Shown piece after piece: positions 25,872 through 37,339 of a stretch of DNA of 64,000 nt. Numbering within the stretch: the first letter of the stretch is position 1; each line of letters opens with the position of its first letter. Source of the DNA: Amoebophrya sp. A120 (lineage: Eukaryota; Protista; Dinoflagellata); assembly GCA_905178155.1 (NCBI GenBank), contig CAJINV010000017.1, positions 364,722 through 428,721 on the forward strand, in the 5' to 3' direction. The translations under genes and the position numbers were made by a program. The notes beneath the pieces were generated by a model that did no database searches, had not been told where the DNA came from, and saw only the letters and a list, made by a program, of their open reading frames with translations.

Positions 25872-28800
25872 ATGTCGGACGACAGCGACTACGTCTATCA
25901 TGATGGTTCGGACGATGAGGAGCATCTGGACATTTTGGACGATCGCGCAGCACAAGACGCAACGGAGCACCATCAAGCCTCCCCTGATAGCAAACAAACT
26001 CAAGGCGACACAACTGCTCTCCAGCCCGAGAAGATGTCGAAAAGAAAACGGAAAAAGCTGGAGCAGCTCCAGAAGAAGAAGGAGCTGCAGGATAAACAGA
26101 AGTCCGTCTTGGACGAGCTGCAGCAGTACCGGCTATCAGCGAAGGAAATCGGGCTTCTGAACTCGACGGCGCGGAACCTCAGTTCCTGCGGCACGCGGCG
26201 CGCGGAAGTTCTAGCCGCAAAACGTGCCCGGGAGGAGGCGAAGGACGAACAAATTTTGAAGAAGGCGAAGATCGAGAAAGAGGAAAACGAAAAACGAATA
26301 AGAGCGCTGGCGGACGAAGAGCAGATGGCGAAACTGGAATTGGCAAAGAAGAGTCAAACTTGTACGGAAGAAGTCGTGTCGGCGAATAAAGATGTTCTGG
26401 CGCAAGAAGCCGTAGCCGGTCTGCAGAAAAATAACGTCGGCCGGGGCCGGCGACTGTCGAGGAAAAACAAGCAGGCGAAGCTAACTGCTGAGAAAGAAGC
26501 CCCCGAAATCTTCGACGAGAAAGAGCGCGAGCAGGCCGTAGCTTTTGGCGCAAAACCTGGCCAGCGCGGGTTTTTGGAGATTGAGACCGCAACGACGTTG
26601 ATAGAGTCCTCCGATAAAGACGACGATGATGATGAGCTTTCCTTGGATCCGTTTCAGAAGAGGGCAATGGCGAAGGCAGCTGCAGGAGCTGCTTCCGAAG
26701 AGCAAGCTGGACGGAAGACATCGGATACCATGTTTGTTTCCCTGGAAAGTCTTGCTGGTGCTGCTGCTGCGGAGACACCCGGCGCAAAACCAGCCGTTGG
26801 AAGCATGCCCAGCACAAAAGGCAATGCGCACTCAGAAACTTGTGCCGCGGAGGCCAAAAGCAATGCGGCCTGCGTTGACCTTCCGAAAAACTTGGAGATT
26901 TTCAGGATTAACAAAAATAAGCCGAAGAAGAAGAACACAACGGCTGATCTTGAAGTCGATGAAGACGAGAACACGCTGCCCCCCTCGGCCACAAATGCGA
27001 ATAAGCTTTTGACCCCGCGGGGTAGGAACAAACGGATCACCCGCAAGACCGCCATCGAGGAGCAGCGGAGCAAACTGCCCGCGATCGAGAAGGAACAGGA
27101 GGTGATCGAGGCTTGTTTGGAAAACGACGTGATTCTCGTCGCTGGCGACACCGGGTGCGGGAAGTCCACACAAGTGCCGCAGTTTCTCTACGAAAACGGT
27201 TTTTCGGAGTTTGGCTGCATCGCAGTAACCCAACCGCGCCGCGTGGCCGCGATTTCGGTGGCCCAGCGGGTCGGGGACGAGCTCGCGCTGCCCGAGGTAG
27301 TAGAGCTGCAGAAGCAAGAGCAGATCTGTTCAGATCAGGATCAGGTGAATGGGGGGACTTCTAGTTCCACGACTACTGCTAGTCTTGTTCTTGACCAAAA
27401 CAAGTACCTCGTCGGATACCAAGTGCGGTACGACAAATCGTACTTCCACCCGGAGAAGACGAAGCTGAAGTTCCTCACGGACGGAATCGTGTTGCGGGAA
27501 ATCCAGCACGATTTTCTCCTACCGAACTACAGCACGATCATCCTCGACGAAGCGCACGAACGCAGCGTGAACTGCGACATTCTGATCGGCATGCTGAGTC
27601 GCGTCGTGGAGGAAAGGCGACGCAGGTTTGAGGCGGAGTATGAAAGAAGGAAAGCTACTTATTCTACTAGCAGGAGTTCTACTCGTCCGAAAATAAATCC
27701 AAAAGACGGTTGTAGTTCCACAAGGACATCACCGACTTCTGGCGCGATGTTGAGCCGTGAACCCGAGGACCAAGATTCTGATCATCCCGAAAACTTCTCC
27801 ACTTATCCGAAGACCTCCCTCCCGTTGAAGCTGATCATCATGTCCGCAACTTTGCGAGTGTGCGACTTTACGGAGAACACGCAGTTGTTCTCCAAGCCAC
27901 CTCCGGTGGTCCGGATTGACGCGAAAACCTTCCCCGTCGCGGTGCATTTTGACAAGCGGACTTCGCAGGACTACCCGAAGGACGCGGCGAAGCGGGCGCT
28001 AGAGATCCACGAGAAACTGCCGTGCGGCACGATTTTGGTTTTCGCGACCGGGAAATCGGAGGTGCACAGAATCATCCATTTGATCAAAAAGGAGCATGGC
28101 ATGAAGGCGAGAAGGATAAAAAAGAACGGTGGCAACAAGAACGGAAATGATTCTGCAGGAGCAGCAGGTGCGGACGAAGACGGACAGGACAGTAGAGATT
28201 CTGATTCAGACGGCGATCAGGAAGATGAGAATTACGAACTTGGGAACCACGACTCCGAGGCAGAGGAAGACTTCGATGATGATTTGACGGCAGTCCCACA
28301 AGTTGTACAAGATGAAAAGGAAATGGAAAGCATAGAAACGGTTGACAGTGTCAATGTGGAGAGCGAAGCAAAGCGAGCGAAGATGGGTCTTCGTGGCGAA
28401 AAAATGAAAAAGAAAAAGCTCCTCCAGGACTTGAAATCCAAACTCGCAGAAGACAGAGCAGTAGGTGCGGGGATCACTAGTTCTACGAAAGCAGGTGTCA
28501 AGAAGAAGAAGGTTTTGAAGAGGAAAAAAGTTGACAAAGAGACAACTACAAGTGCAACTTCTGCAACGTCAGAAGTAAAGTCCGCAAGCGCACCGGAAAC
28601 TACCGCTATTGATGAAGAAGACGATGAGGATCTTCTTCCAGAGGATATCTTCCAGCTCGACAAGGAAGAGGATTGCGTTGACTTGGTCACCGCAAATACA
28701 ACAAGCGAAACCCAAAACGATAATTCCACGCAAAACGCTACCTCATCTACTTCGCTGAATAAAGAGAACAAGCGTATCCAGATGTCAAAACTCGACCGCA

Positions 28801-31319
28801 GCCGCACGGCCCGCGGGTTGTTCTGTGGCGGAGACAAAAACACGGAGAACGTGAAGCTCACGGTGTTGCCTCTCTACGCGCAGCTGCCCGCCCGGGAGCA
28901 GATGCGGGTTTTCGACAAACCACAGGAAAACGAGCGAAGGATTATCGTGTCCACGAACGTGGCGGAAACCTCTGTGACGCTCCCTAATGTGAGATTCGTC
29001 GTCGACGCGGGGTACGAGAAGAAGCGGAACTTCACCCCAAGCGGAATTTCTTCCTTTTCCGTCCAGTTCATCAGCAAAGCCAGCGCCGACCAGCGCGCAG
29101 GCCGGTCCGGCCGGGTCGGGCCGGGGCATTGCTACCGGTTGTACAGCTCCGCGTGCTACAACGACGTGTTCACGCAGTTCCCCCCGATCAACGTGCTCAG
29201 CGTCCCGATGGACAGTGTTTTGCTGTCGATGGCCTCGATGGGCATTCCGGACCTGGACAAGTTCCCCTGGCCGACGCCGCCGCCCGGGAAGAACGTGAAC
29301 GCCGCGCGAATGCGCTTGGAAGCGCTGGGGGCGTTTTCTTCTTGTTCCTCAGTTGGAAAAGGTGAGAATTATGCCGCGACGTCGTGTAATATCATCAGTA
29401 ATATAAAGAAGAACAGCAGCAATATTACGACGATGGGACGGCGATTGGTTCTGTTCCCGCTTCAACCCAGGTACAGTGTGATGCTGTATCAAGCGCTGCA
29501 GAAGGCGCTCGAGTTGTATGGGAAGAGAAACAGTACTGCAGTGGATGGTGGGGGTCAACATGGAAGTAAAGCGAATGCAAGTTTAACTTCGAAGAACTAC
29601 AAAACACTCGCCCAACTTCTCCTCCAATCCGCCTGCCTCCTGACTGCCGCGCTCTCCACGGGGAACGTGCTAACCTGGAACGCAGGCACTGCTAGCGCTA
29701 AAGCGGCGGGGCAAGCGGATAAAACAAAAGCTGACCGTCTTGAAGATGGCGATGCCGCAGAAACAACCTCCGACATGGAAGGTGTTGACGAGCGTCCAGC
29801 AGACAAAAACTTCGCTCCCGGCGACGATGAAGTCGACTCCCTGACCCGGAAACAGCAGCAAGAGCTCGGCATCTCCACTATGAAGCGCGGAGGGGTGGTC
29901 GAGAAGAACGGGAAGGAAATCAAAGAGCCCGACTGGTGCTTCGATTGCCACGACGACATGGAGGCCTTGCTCTGGGCCATGACGGAGGTGCATGCGCGGT
30001 TTGGCGGCAAGACCACACCTACGAAAGGAGCAGATGTTCTTCATGGAGACCAAACAGAACAAACGGGAGCAAACTCTACAACCTCTAAAGACAACTTCTG
30101 CATCACCAACTGGATAAATCCGAAGCAGATGGAGGAGGCCCAGAATCTGAGCAGTCAGCTGCTACAGATTCTGAAAACAAAGCTTTCACTGCCGAAGGGA
30201 CTGATCTGCGTTGCTGACAGTGCACAAAAACCCTCATTGTCGAAGATGTCGGCTGCCGGTAAAATAAAGGTAGCAACCAGGCCCAGTTTCAGAGTTCTGA
30301 AGCAGCACAACATCATGCACCACCTCCGAACCACGATTCTCGCTGGCTTGGTGGACAAAATCGCGAGACAGTCTGTGGAAAAACCGAAGCTCTACGAACT
30401 CGCGCTCCAAAATCCAAATTTTGCACAGCAAAACAGCTTCACAAAGGTAAACGCGGCTTTACACATTTCTTCTCGGCTACTGAAGGAGCGCCCACATCTG
30501 CTGTGCTACGTGGATTTGCAGTCCTCTGTGTGCGGGAGAACCGGAAAGCAGAAATTCTTCCTGTCCGGCTGTATGGCGGTTGACACGGTAGAGTTGAGCA
30601 GGTTGAACTTGTTGAATCTCGCTATTTCCGATGGTCGTGCGGTCGAGGAGCAACAAACGCGCACTACAAAAACGACCGACGCGGCGTTCACCTCGCCGCT
30701 GCTGTCCTATGCCAATGGCGTGCTGGCGATTCCGACGCCCGTTTTGGCGGACAAATTTAGCGGGAAAATTACTGTGCACTGCCAACCGAGATACTTGCCT
30801 TTGGATAAAATGCTGTTGCCAACCGTACCGAACGTCGACTTGGCGGAAATTGAGAGAACAGTGGCATTGACGACACACAACTCGTTCGCGTCTTCCGTTG
30901 ACAAGAACAACTGCGGGGGAACAGTAAATGATCTTCCCAAAAGTAGCACTACATTGTCCAGCTACACGGGCGGCAGCATTCCGGAAGTGCAGACCCTTCG
31001 GTACCGGGTGTTTGCGAAAGCGCTGCTGGAGGGAGCTATTTTTCCGCAGTTGAAGCGACAGGAGTTTCGGATCGACCGGTCGTGTCCCATGGACCGCATT
31101 CTCACTTCGAAACAAAGCGAACTCGTCGGCACTTGTGGCTTGCATGTCGCGGACTTGGTGCAAAATCTGGTAAAATTAGGCGTGAGCAGCAAAACCGCGT
31201 TCTTGGAGGCGGATAGGAGGAGAAATGGCGCTTTGCGCGGCCTGTATTTGAATTGCTTGCCGAAGAATAGTCGCAGTCAGGCGATGAGGCTGCTGGCAGA
31301 GGCGGTCGTTGGAAGATAA
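25872..31319 (+). CDS. DHX37: DEAH-box RNA helicase DHX37/Dhr1 (SSU processome)
   Basis: GDTGCGKSTQVPQFLYE, TQPRRVAA, DEAHERS, LKLIIMSATLRVCDFTENTQLF (DHX37-type), STNVAETSVT and QRAGRSGRVGPGHCYRLYSS. Confidence 0.92.
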   Translation: MSDDSDYVYHDGSDDEEHLDILDDRAAQDATEHHQASPDSKQTQGDTTALQPEKMSKRKRKKLEQLQKKKELQDKQKSVLDELQQYRLSAKEIGLLNSTARNLSSCGTRRAEVLAAKRAREEAKDEQILKKAKIEKEENEKRIRALADEEQMAKLELAKKSQTCTEEVVSANKDVLAQEAVAGLQKNNVGRGRRLSRKNKQAKLTAEKEAPEIFDEKEREQAVAFGAKPGQRGFLEIETATTLIESSDKDDDDDELSLDPFQKRAMAKAAAGAASEEQAGRKTSDTMFVSLESLAGAAAAETPGAKPAVGSMPSTKGNAHSETCAAEAKSNAACVDLPKNLEIFRINKNKPKKKNTTADLEVDEDENTLPPSATNANKLLTPRGRNKRITRKTAIEEQRSKLPAIEKEQEVIEACLENDVILVAGDTGCGKSTQVPQFLYENGFSEFGCIAVTQPRRVAAISVAQRVGDELALPEVVELQKQEQICSDQDQVNGGTSSSTTTASLVLDQNKYLVGYQVRYDKSYFHPEKTKLKFLTDGIVLREIQHDFLLPNYSTIILDEAHERSVNCDILIGMLSRVVEERRRRFEAEYERRKATYSTSRSSTRPKINPKDGCSSTRTSPTSGAMLSREPEDQDSDHPENFSTYPKTSLPLKLIIMSATLRVCDFTENTQLFSKPPPVVRIDAKTFPVAVHFDKRTSQDYPKDAAKRALEIHEKLPCGTILVFATGKSEVHRIIHLIKKEHGMKARRIKKNGGNKNGNDSAGAAGADEDGQDSRDSDSDGDQEDENYELGNHDSEAEEDFDDDLTAVPQVVQDEKEMESIETVDSVNVESEAKRAKMGLRGEKMKKKKLLQDLKSKLAEDRAVGAGITSSTKAGVKKKKVLKRKKVDKETTTSATSATSEVKSASAPETTAIDEEDDEDLLPEDIFQLDKEEDCVDLVTANTTSETQNDNSTQNATSSTSLNKENKRIQMSKLDRSRTARGLFCGGDKNTENVKLTVLPLYAQLPAREQMRVFDKPQENERRIIVSTNVAETSVTLPNVRFVVDAGYEKKRNFTPSGISSFSVQFISKASADQRAGRSGRVGPGHCYRLYSSACYNDVFTQFPPINVLSVPMDSVLLSMASMGIPDLDKFPWPTPPPGKNVNAARMRLEALGAFSSCSSVGKGENYAATSCNIISNIKKNSSNITTMGRRLVLFPLQPRYSVMLYQALQKALELYGKRNSTAVDGGGQHGSKANASLTSKNYKTLAQLLLQSACLLTAALSTGNVLTWNAGTASAKAAGQADKTKADRLEDGDAAETTSDMEGVDERPADKNFAPGDDEVDSLTRKQQQELGISTMKRGGVVEKNGKEIKEPDWCFDCHDDMEALLWAMTEVHARFGGKTTPTKGADVLHGDQTEQTGANSTTSKDNFCITNWINPKQMEEAQNLSSQLLQILKTKLSLPKGLICVADSAQKPSLSKMSAAGKIKVATRPSFRVLKQHNIMHHLRTTILAGLVDKIARQSVEKPKLYELALQNPNFAQQNSFTKVNAALHISSRLLKERPHLLCYVDLQSSVCGRTGKQKFFLSGCMAVDTVELSRLNLLNLAISDGRAVEEQQTRTTKTTDAAFTSPLLSYANGVLAIPTPVLADKFSGKITVHCQPRYLPLDKMLLPTVPNVDLAEIERTVALTTHNSFASSVDKNNCGGTVNDLPKSSTTLSSYTGGSIPEVQTLRYRVFAKALLEGAIFPQLKRQEFRIDRSCPMDRILTSKQSELVGTCGLHVADLVQNLVKLGVSSKTAFLEADRRRNGALRGLYLNCLPKNSRSQAMRLLAEAVVGR

Positions 31320-32391
31320 ATCTCGAAGACCGCCAATTGCAGCGAATCCAACCTCCAATTGTATCGTGACGAACGACTGCGAGGATCTTGTGACCTCTCG
31401 TTTAGACCACCCGCCTTCGAAATTTCGATCTCGTCTATACAGACGCAAACGCATGCAACTACAAAAAAGAAAATACTTGATAACATAGCAGGAGTAGTAG
31501 AGAAGTAGGAGCTGGAATTGCGACATCAAGGTGCTCCTTGCAGCCTTTGCGGCTCCCTGGACGAGGTTTTGTCTTCATAGAAGTGTTCTTGCGGTACTGA
31601 CGTGACAGTGACTAGTGAAAAGTAATGACGGTAGGTGTGATATCAGCCGTCCAAAAATACAAGCATGTGTGTAAGTAGTCGTGCGAAATATTCCTCCCGG
31701 TCGAGAGACATAGAAAGTGCTCTTCCAGTAGTGCAGAAAAAATCACGCAACGGTGTGTATGCTGAGAGAGCTGCCTGTTTCATCAAATTCAGAAGTTCGT
31801 TCTTGTCTCATTTCTGAGTTACATATTTCTGGGCCGCTTTGTGCCCATCGGTCGACTATACCAATAACGGCACTAATTGAGTTTCATGAGAGATGCTTTT
31901 CTACTGCCTCTTTTTCGTCTGCAAACGGTTAACGGTAGTACCAAGAATAACCTTGCTGAGATTGAAAACAAAAAGTCGTACTTGTTACAAGCGTTGGTGC
32001 CTTTTTCTAGACAAGGGACGATTGTCATTTTTTTCCAAAATAATAGCGAAAGTTGTTTGCAGTATTTAGGGGAGGGAGTAAGAACATCGAGGTAGTAGTA
32101 GACGATCGCTAAGTAACAAGACACCAGCTCAGAGTGTGGTTTTTGAGATTCAACTTCTTGAGGGGTTGTATTTGATATTGATTTACTTAAATCTGTTTGT
32201 CACTGTGTATTTTTGACGACCACACGGACACGTGTGTACCTTATTGTATTTTTAACGTCCGAAAGCGGCACAGCTTGCATCTTCAAAAATATTGCTGCAA
32301 TATGTCCCCGCTCATGATGGCAGCTACCGGTCGCAGCGGCTCTGGAACCATACTCGAAACTTAGACTCCCAAACGCTCCCAGTCCGAAGCC

Positions 32392-33611
32392 ATGCGTGAC
32401 TCCATTCTCGGGCGCAGTTTGCAGTTGCAGAAGGAGAGTGGTCACCAGATTAGTAATCGCCACACGTCGGCAAGTACGAACTTGAATTCTTCCTCTTCCT
32501 CGCCCAAGAAAAGCAAAAAGAGTTCGCAGAGGAGCAAGGATCATAGTTCATCCAGTTCTAAAATGACCACTGCCGGAGCGTCGTACGAAAGCTCTAAGCA
32601 TCAAAGTGGGGCCGCCGCGGTGGACCACTTGTCCGCCACGGCTGCGAACCAGTTGGTCCTCCCTGTGCAGCCGCATTCCTGGGTGGCACCAGATGGAAAT
32701 AACAGCAACATCGACAATTCAGTCGGTTCCTCCGTATCAAATGTAAAAATGTCTGGGTCTGGAAGAATGCATGTTTGTCATGCTTGTCTGGCATGACTGT
32801 TAAGTCTGTCATGCACGTTGCCCAAGAGTCGCATTTTTCTGTCATGCGGAGACGCAATTTGTCACGCAGAATAGGCAACACCTACAAGCTCAGAAATTTG
32901 TCATGCTGAGCCAGCACTTGTGGCCTCCTCATGCTACGCCACTCAGCATCACAACTTTCCAGACCGAGACATTTTTGCATTTGATACTCCGAGAACTACA
33001 ACAATATTGATCTCCACACCGACAGCAGCCGCTCTTCGCCGCTGCCGCACCAGGTGCTCAGCCCGGTGGAGCTGGAGCGGAGCCGGGACAGCAGCAGCAA
33101 CGCCGCGAGTCGAAACAGCGGCAAGAACTCGAACGGAACGACGTCTAATATGTTGAACACTTCTACCGCACTGCACAGCAACTCCACGGCCGCCACGACT
33201 GCCTCTAGTACAACGACTACAGGAGCTGCACAAAACCACAGCTCCCAGCATGCCCCGACATTGATGGAAGATGTCGTGGACGACGAGCCGCGGTTGCGAA
33301 GTACCAACCGGACCATGAGTGGCGGCAGTGTGAAGCACTCGTTTCTGTCGAACAGCATCGCGCAGCGGCCCAGCGCGCACAACTCCATGTCCCCGGAAGT
33401 GGGTAGTGCGGCGGGCCGACCGAGTGGAATCCTCAAGTCCACACCCGGCCGCGTGTCTGTGCAGACCAACGCCCGCTCCACGCCCACAGTGTTGTGGCGG
33501 GACGAGGAATGCTCGAGCAGAGACGTACATTTTCTACGTATCATAGAGTTTTTTGTTTGCCTACCGTGCTCGTGCTGCGGTCGCGCAACAAAAAAGTACG
33601 TAACGAAATGA
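32392..33611 (+). CDS. Ser/Asn-rich disordered protein with a Cys-rich hydrophobic C-terminus (possible lipid anchor); two exons
   Basis: ORFs 32392 and 33054 join in frame on excising 32735-32991. The protein ends FFVCLPCSCCGRATKKYVTK*. Confidence 0.65.
32735..32986. mobile_element. Introner family B
   Basis: 30-bp TIR TATCAAATG(T/C)AAAAATGTCT.GGTCTGGAA (28/30) and perfect CTCCG TSD. Same TIR as 56885-57146. Confidence 0.92.
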
Positions 33612-35694
33612 CTTTCGCTTCTCCTTCTTGAAGAGTTGTCTCCATCATCTCTTAGAACATCGAATCCAAAAATAACCACAAAACTCAGCTCGACAGCGTG
33701 CAGGAGGTGGATAGCTGGAAAGACATCAACAAGCGACTGTTCGAGGGGGCTCCGGCTGGCAGTGGTGGCTGCTGTGCAATCATGTAAAAACGAATCAGCG
33801 GATGGGTTTATTCTCTTTTTTGCATCACGAAAATGAATAGGTACACTGTAAAAACTTGATGGCTTGCAATAGTTTTCTATTACTACTTGTTGTTGATCTT
33901 TTCCTTATTCCCCCACGTCTTGTTTCCGAAGCCTACCTGACTGGAGTCTGTACTCAGTACGCGTGGAGATGAAATTACGGTAAAAGGTGCTGTCGAAATC
34001 TTTTCGTGCAGCAGCTTCTACCATACCTACCTTATGCAACCAACGTACCGCTTCTGCGTCCTACCTCGAGCAATTTTGACACCACTCTCGCCTCTCCTCT
34101 GTTGTATATGCTGTAAAAAACTTTTGCTGTTTTTAGGTTGCAGATTAATGCATTTCTCTCAACATCATAATATGTGCTGGTCTACGATTATGTCTAGGCA
34201 GCTTGTATTAACGTCAAAGTGCTCGTTTGCATGTGCAGGCGAAATGTATGTAGTATTTGAAAGAGTAGGCGTAGTCACGTTGAGCTTTTGAATGCGTTAT
34301 TGATTCATCTTGTTTGTCATCTATTTTCCCTGTACTTTTTACACTTGCAGTTTCCTACTTGTGACTTCAATCTCCGACGCCTCATAAGATTTGATATCCG
34401 CATATTGATTACTTTTTTAACTATTGACAAAAGTCAAAAAAAACATCATTTTTCTCCTCTATCGACGGCACCAGCTGTTGAGAACTCAATCAGCTGCCGT
34501 TAGTCTGTATACCCCTAGAGGCCATCAGTGTTGCAGATTTCAAGAGACTGATTCGTGTGCGTTTGCTACAGAAAAGTGTTGTTTATGAGCATTTCCATTG
34601 TAAAGTTGTGAGTCTTTTCATAACGAACGCCGACTATTGACACAAATGCACCAGCCACAATCCACTTCGAAATCACTGCAATACTCCACTACCTGAAGAT
34701 AAAAACCTGCCACCATGATTTTTTCTAGAACATAGTGAGTGTAGATTAGACCAGTCTAGAAGTTTTTACAAAATTGCAGCTTCGCCGCGCCGCCACGCAT
34801 TAATACTGGAATAGAATCGACGAGATGCTGCATTACACAATGGTTTGATGACTCAAGTTGTCTTTTTACGCAAGAATTGATGTGAGCATTCAACATAACC
34901 AACTACATACTCGGGCTGATGACTCTCTGAAAGTTCGATTTTCAATGTCACAAATAGACATTTTGCTGCTTCATCAGCATCGCGATTCGTGATTTGAAAT
35001 TGAAAATTTAGGGGTAGTCACACTTTTAGGCAGTTGTTGTATCATTCAAAAGCATTATTACACTGATTCTGGACACGGAGATCTGGAACGATTATGCCGC
35101 GTCGAACAAGCTGCAGCTTTTATTCCAATGGCATTTGGTTCCGTGACTACGAAGCTCTCCAATAAAACACTGGATGATAGATCCGATCCTTTTTGTATGA
35201 ATACGCGTTTTGTAAATGGCAATAGCCTGCTGATCGAACATATGGCACCTTTTTTACCGATGACATTTTTAAAGCGGATCCGTTCTTTTCTTTTTTTGGA
35301 TCGTCGCCAGCAGCGCATCGTTCATTTGGTCCGACCATTGATGTGGTAAGATGGAACTACTCGAAGGTGTACTACTCACCTTCCATATGGCCACTGCAAC
35401 AAAGGCACTGAACTCTTTTTTTTGAGTAACGTTCAAGATCTGATCATGCTGTTCGCGATGAATAAAACGTTGGTTTTGCTTTTTTCCCAACGTCCAATAT
35501 GCAGCGAGGATCATGTTGATCGTTCCAGCTCGTCAATATACGATAGAAGCGCAGCGAAAAGGACGCCGGCGCAGGGTCGAAGAATGGGTCTTGACCAGGT
35601 CGCCTCCACAGCCGTTCAGGCCGTAGGCAGCTAGAATTTCGACGTGGCAGTTCCTTCGGGAAGAAGATGATCCTAGAGTTGTGATACCACCAAA

Positions 35695-37186
35695 ATGTTG
35701 CTCCAGCAGCAGAGCACAGGCAGCTCGGGCAGCAAAAGTGGCAGAAGCTTCAGGAAGTCTGGAGATGAAGTTGTTCCGCCGCGCTCGGTGGAGCAGGAGG
35801 AGGTGGAGCCTGAAGCTGCGCAACACAGCGTGAGGATGAAACAGACCGTCGTCCAGGCGGAACCTGCTCGCTACAGAGAACCATCTGGCGGCCCGTCGCG
35901 AGAACAAGACCTGGATTTCTTGTGTTGCAACCAGAGCTGCCCTGGAGACTACCGCAAGAGCACTGTGGAGGCGCAGCATTACGCGCAGCGGAAATTTATA
36001 GTGCAACAGGCAGCTGCCGCTGCGCACGCTCAGCAGCAAACGGCAGGCGGAAAGAGGGCCACGTCCTCGCAACAGGACCGAGTGCACTTCGACAATGGCA
36101 ACGACCTATCGGTGACTGCAGGTGGAGGCCCGACGGAGCAGACAAGTAGCACAACTTCAGCAGATCATCATTTCTGTGGAGGTGCACATGATCTTGCCAG
36201 CCCCGAGCATCATGCTCCTGCCCCTGCGTCAACGAATCAGCTCCGAGAGCAGGACAAGAAAAAAGCGTACCGCCCCGGCGCTCCCAGAGCAGCATCCCGG
36301 TCGGACATACTCCCGGACGCTCGGGCAGCTCTCGTGGCCGCCGCGACGACCAGCACTCCCGGTCTCCGGGGCCGCGACATCGCGAATTGCAGCGAAGGGG
36401 AAAGAACAAGTTTTTCCACACAAACGCTGCAAAAACGGCTCGACCTGTTTCGGTGTACCTCCTCAAACCTGCCGGCGGAAGAAAGGTGGCTGCAAAGGCG
36501 GAATCTGGTCAGCAGAAAGCCGCACTCTGTTTTAGGACGCTTTGCTCGTAGCCGCGGAAGGAAGGTACTTATTTTTTCATACATAACATTATGCTGCGGT
36601 ATAGTTTTTCTTTTTCACGTTCTCCTAAATCTGAATCCGATAGATCCCGAGGGGCCGCGTATCAGCCCAAAAGCTTCATAAATGTGCTTGCTGCGGCCAA
36701 TATATCAAATCGACTATGAAAATTTAGATGGACAATAAATTTAAATTAGAAGGAGCCTCGGAGGCAGCATATTTGAATGATGATAATTATTGAAATAGGA
36801 ATTCATACGCATTACTATCCATAGAACACCAAGATCAGGCAGATCGGTTCAAAGTGATAAATCAAAACTGATTGGCACGAAATTGAACTTCACCGAAGGT
36901 GAAGATGATCCAAAGAATGCGCTCCATCTGGCAAGCTGAAAAATATCGGTAAAGCCAAAGTATGAAGTCTCTGTGTCGGTCATGATCTGTGGAAGGATAT
37001 TGATAATTACGATAGTTATGAAATGAATGTTGCAGCTATTGCTAGGATCAGTGTCTGTGTGGCTACACTTTCTCCTGTTGTGTTGACGCCAACTGCTGCT
37101 CAACTATACTCACTGCGATACAGGTCATTTTTGCGGCGTTTTATTTCCAGCACTATGCTCTGATTTATCGGATTACTTCGTGCTGA
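35695..37186 (+). CDS. Hypothetical protein; 3' exon uncertain
   Basis: About 290 coding-like codons, then a donor AAG|GTACTT at 36565. A candidate acceptor CAG at 37123 gives VIFAAFYFQHYALIYRITSC*. It could instead splice into the ABCG gene. Confidence 0.5.
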
Positions 37187-37339
37187 GGTCTGCGTACCTT
37201 GGTACGAATTTCTATTTGTGCCCACCAAAGTTAGCTTTTAACTTCTTTTTAAAGACGTCACGGTGTCAAAACACGCTCACCTCCTCATCCAAGAACATTT
37301 TGCGTTCGTCGAGACAGCATTTAAAACGCTAATCGGACG

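Noticed and set aside
25872-31319. Stop-codon reassignment as an explanation for broken ORFs
   Set aside because: ORFs of 1,000-1,800 codons are open under the standard code, and the breaks coincide with introns or TIR elements.
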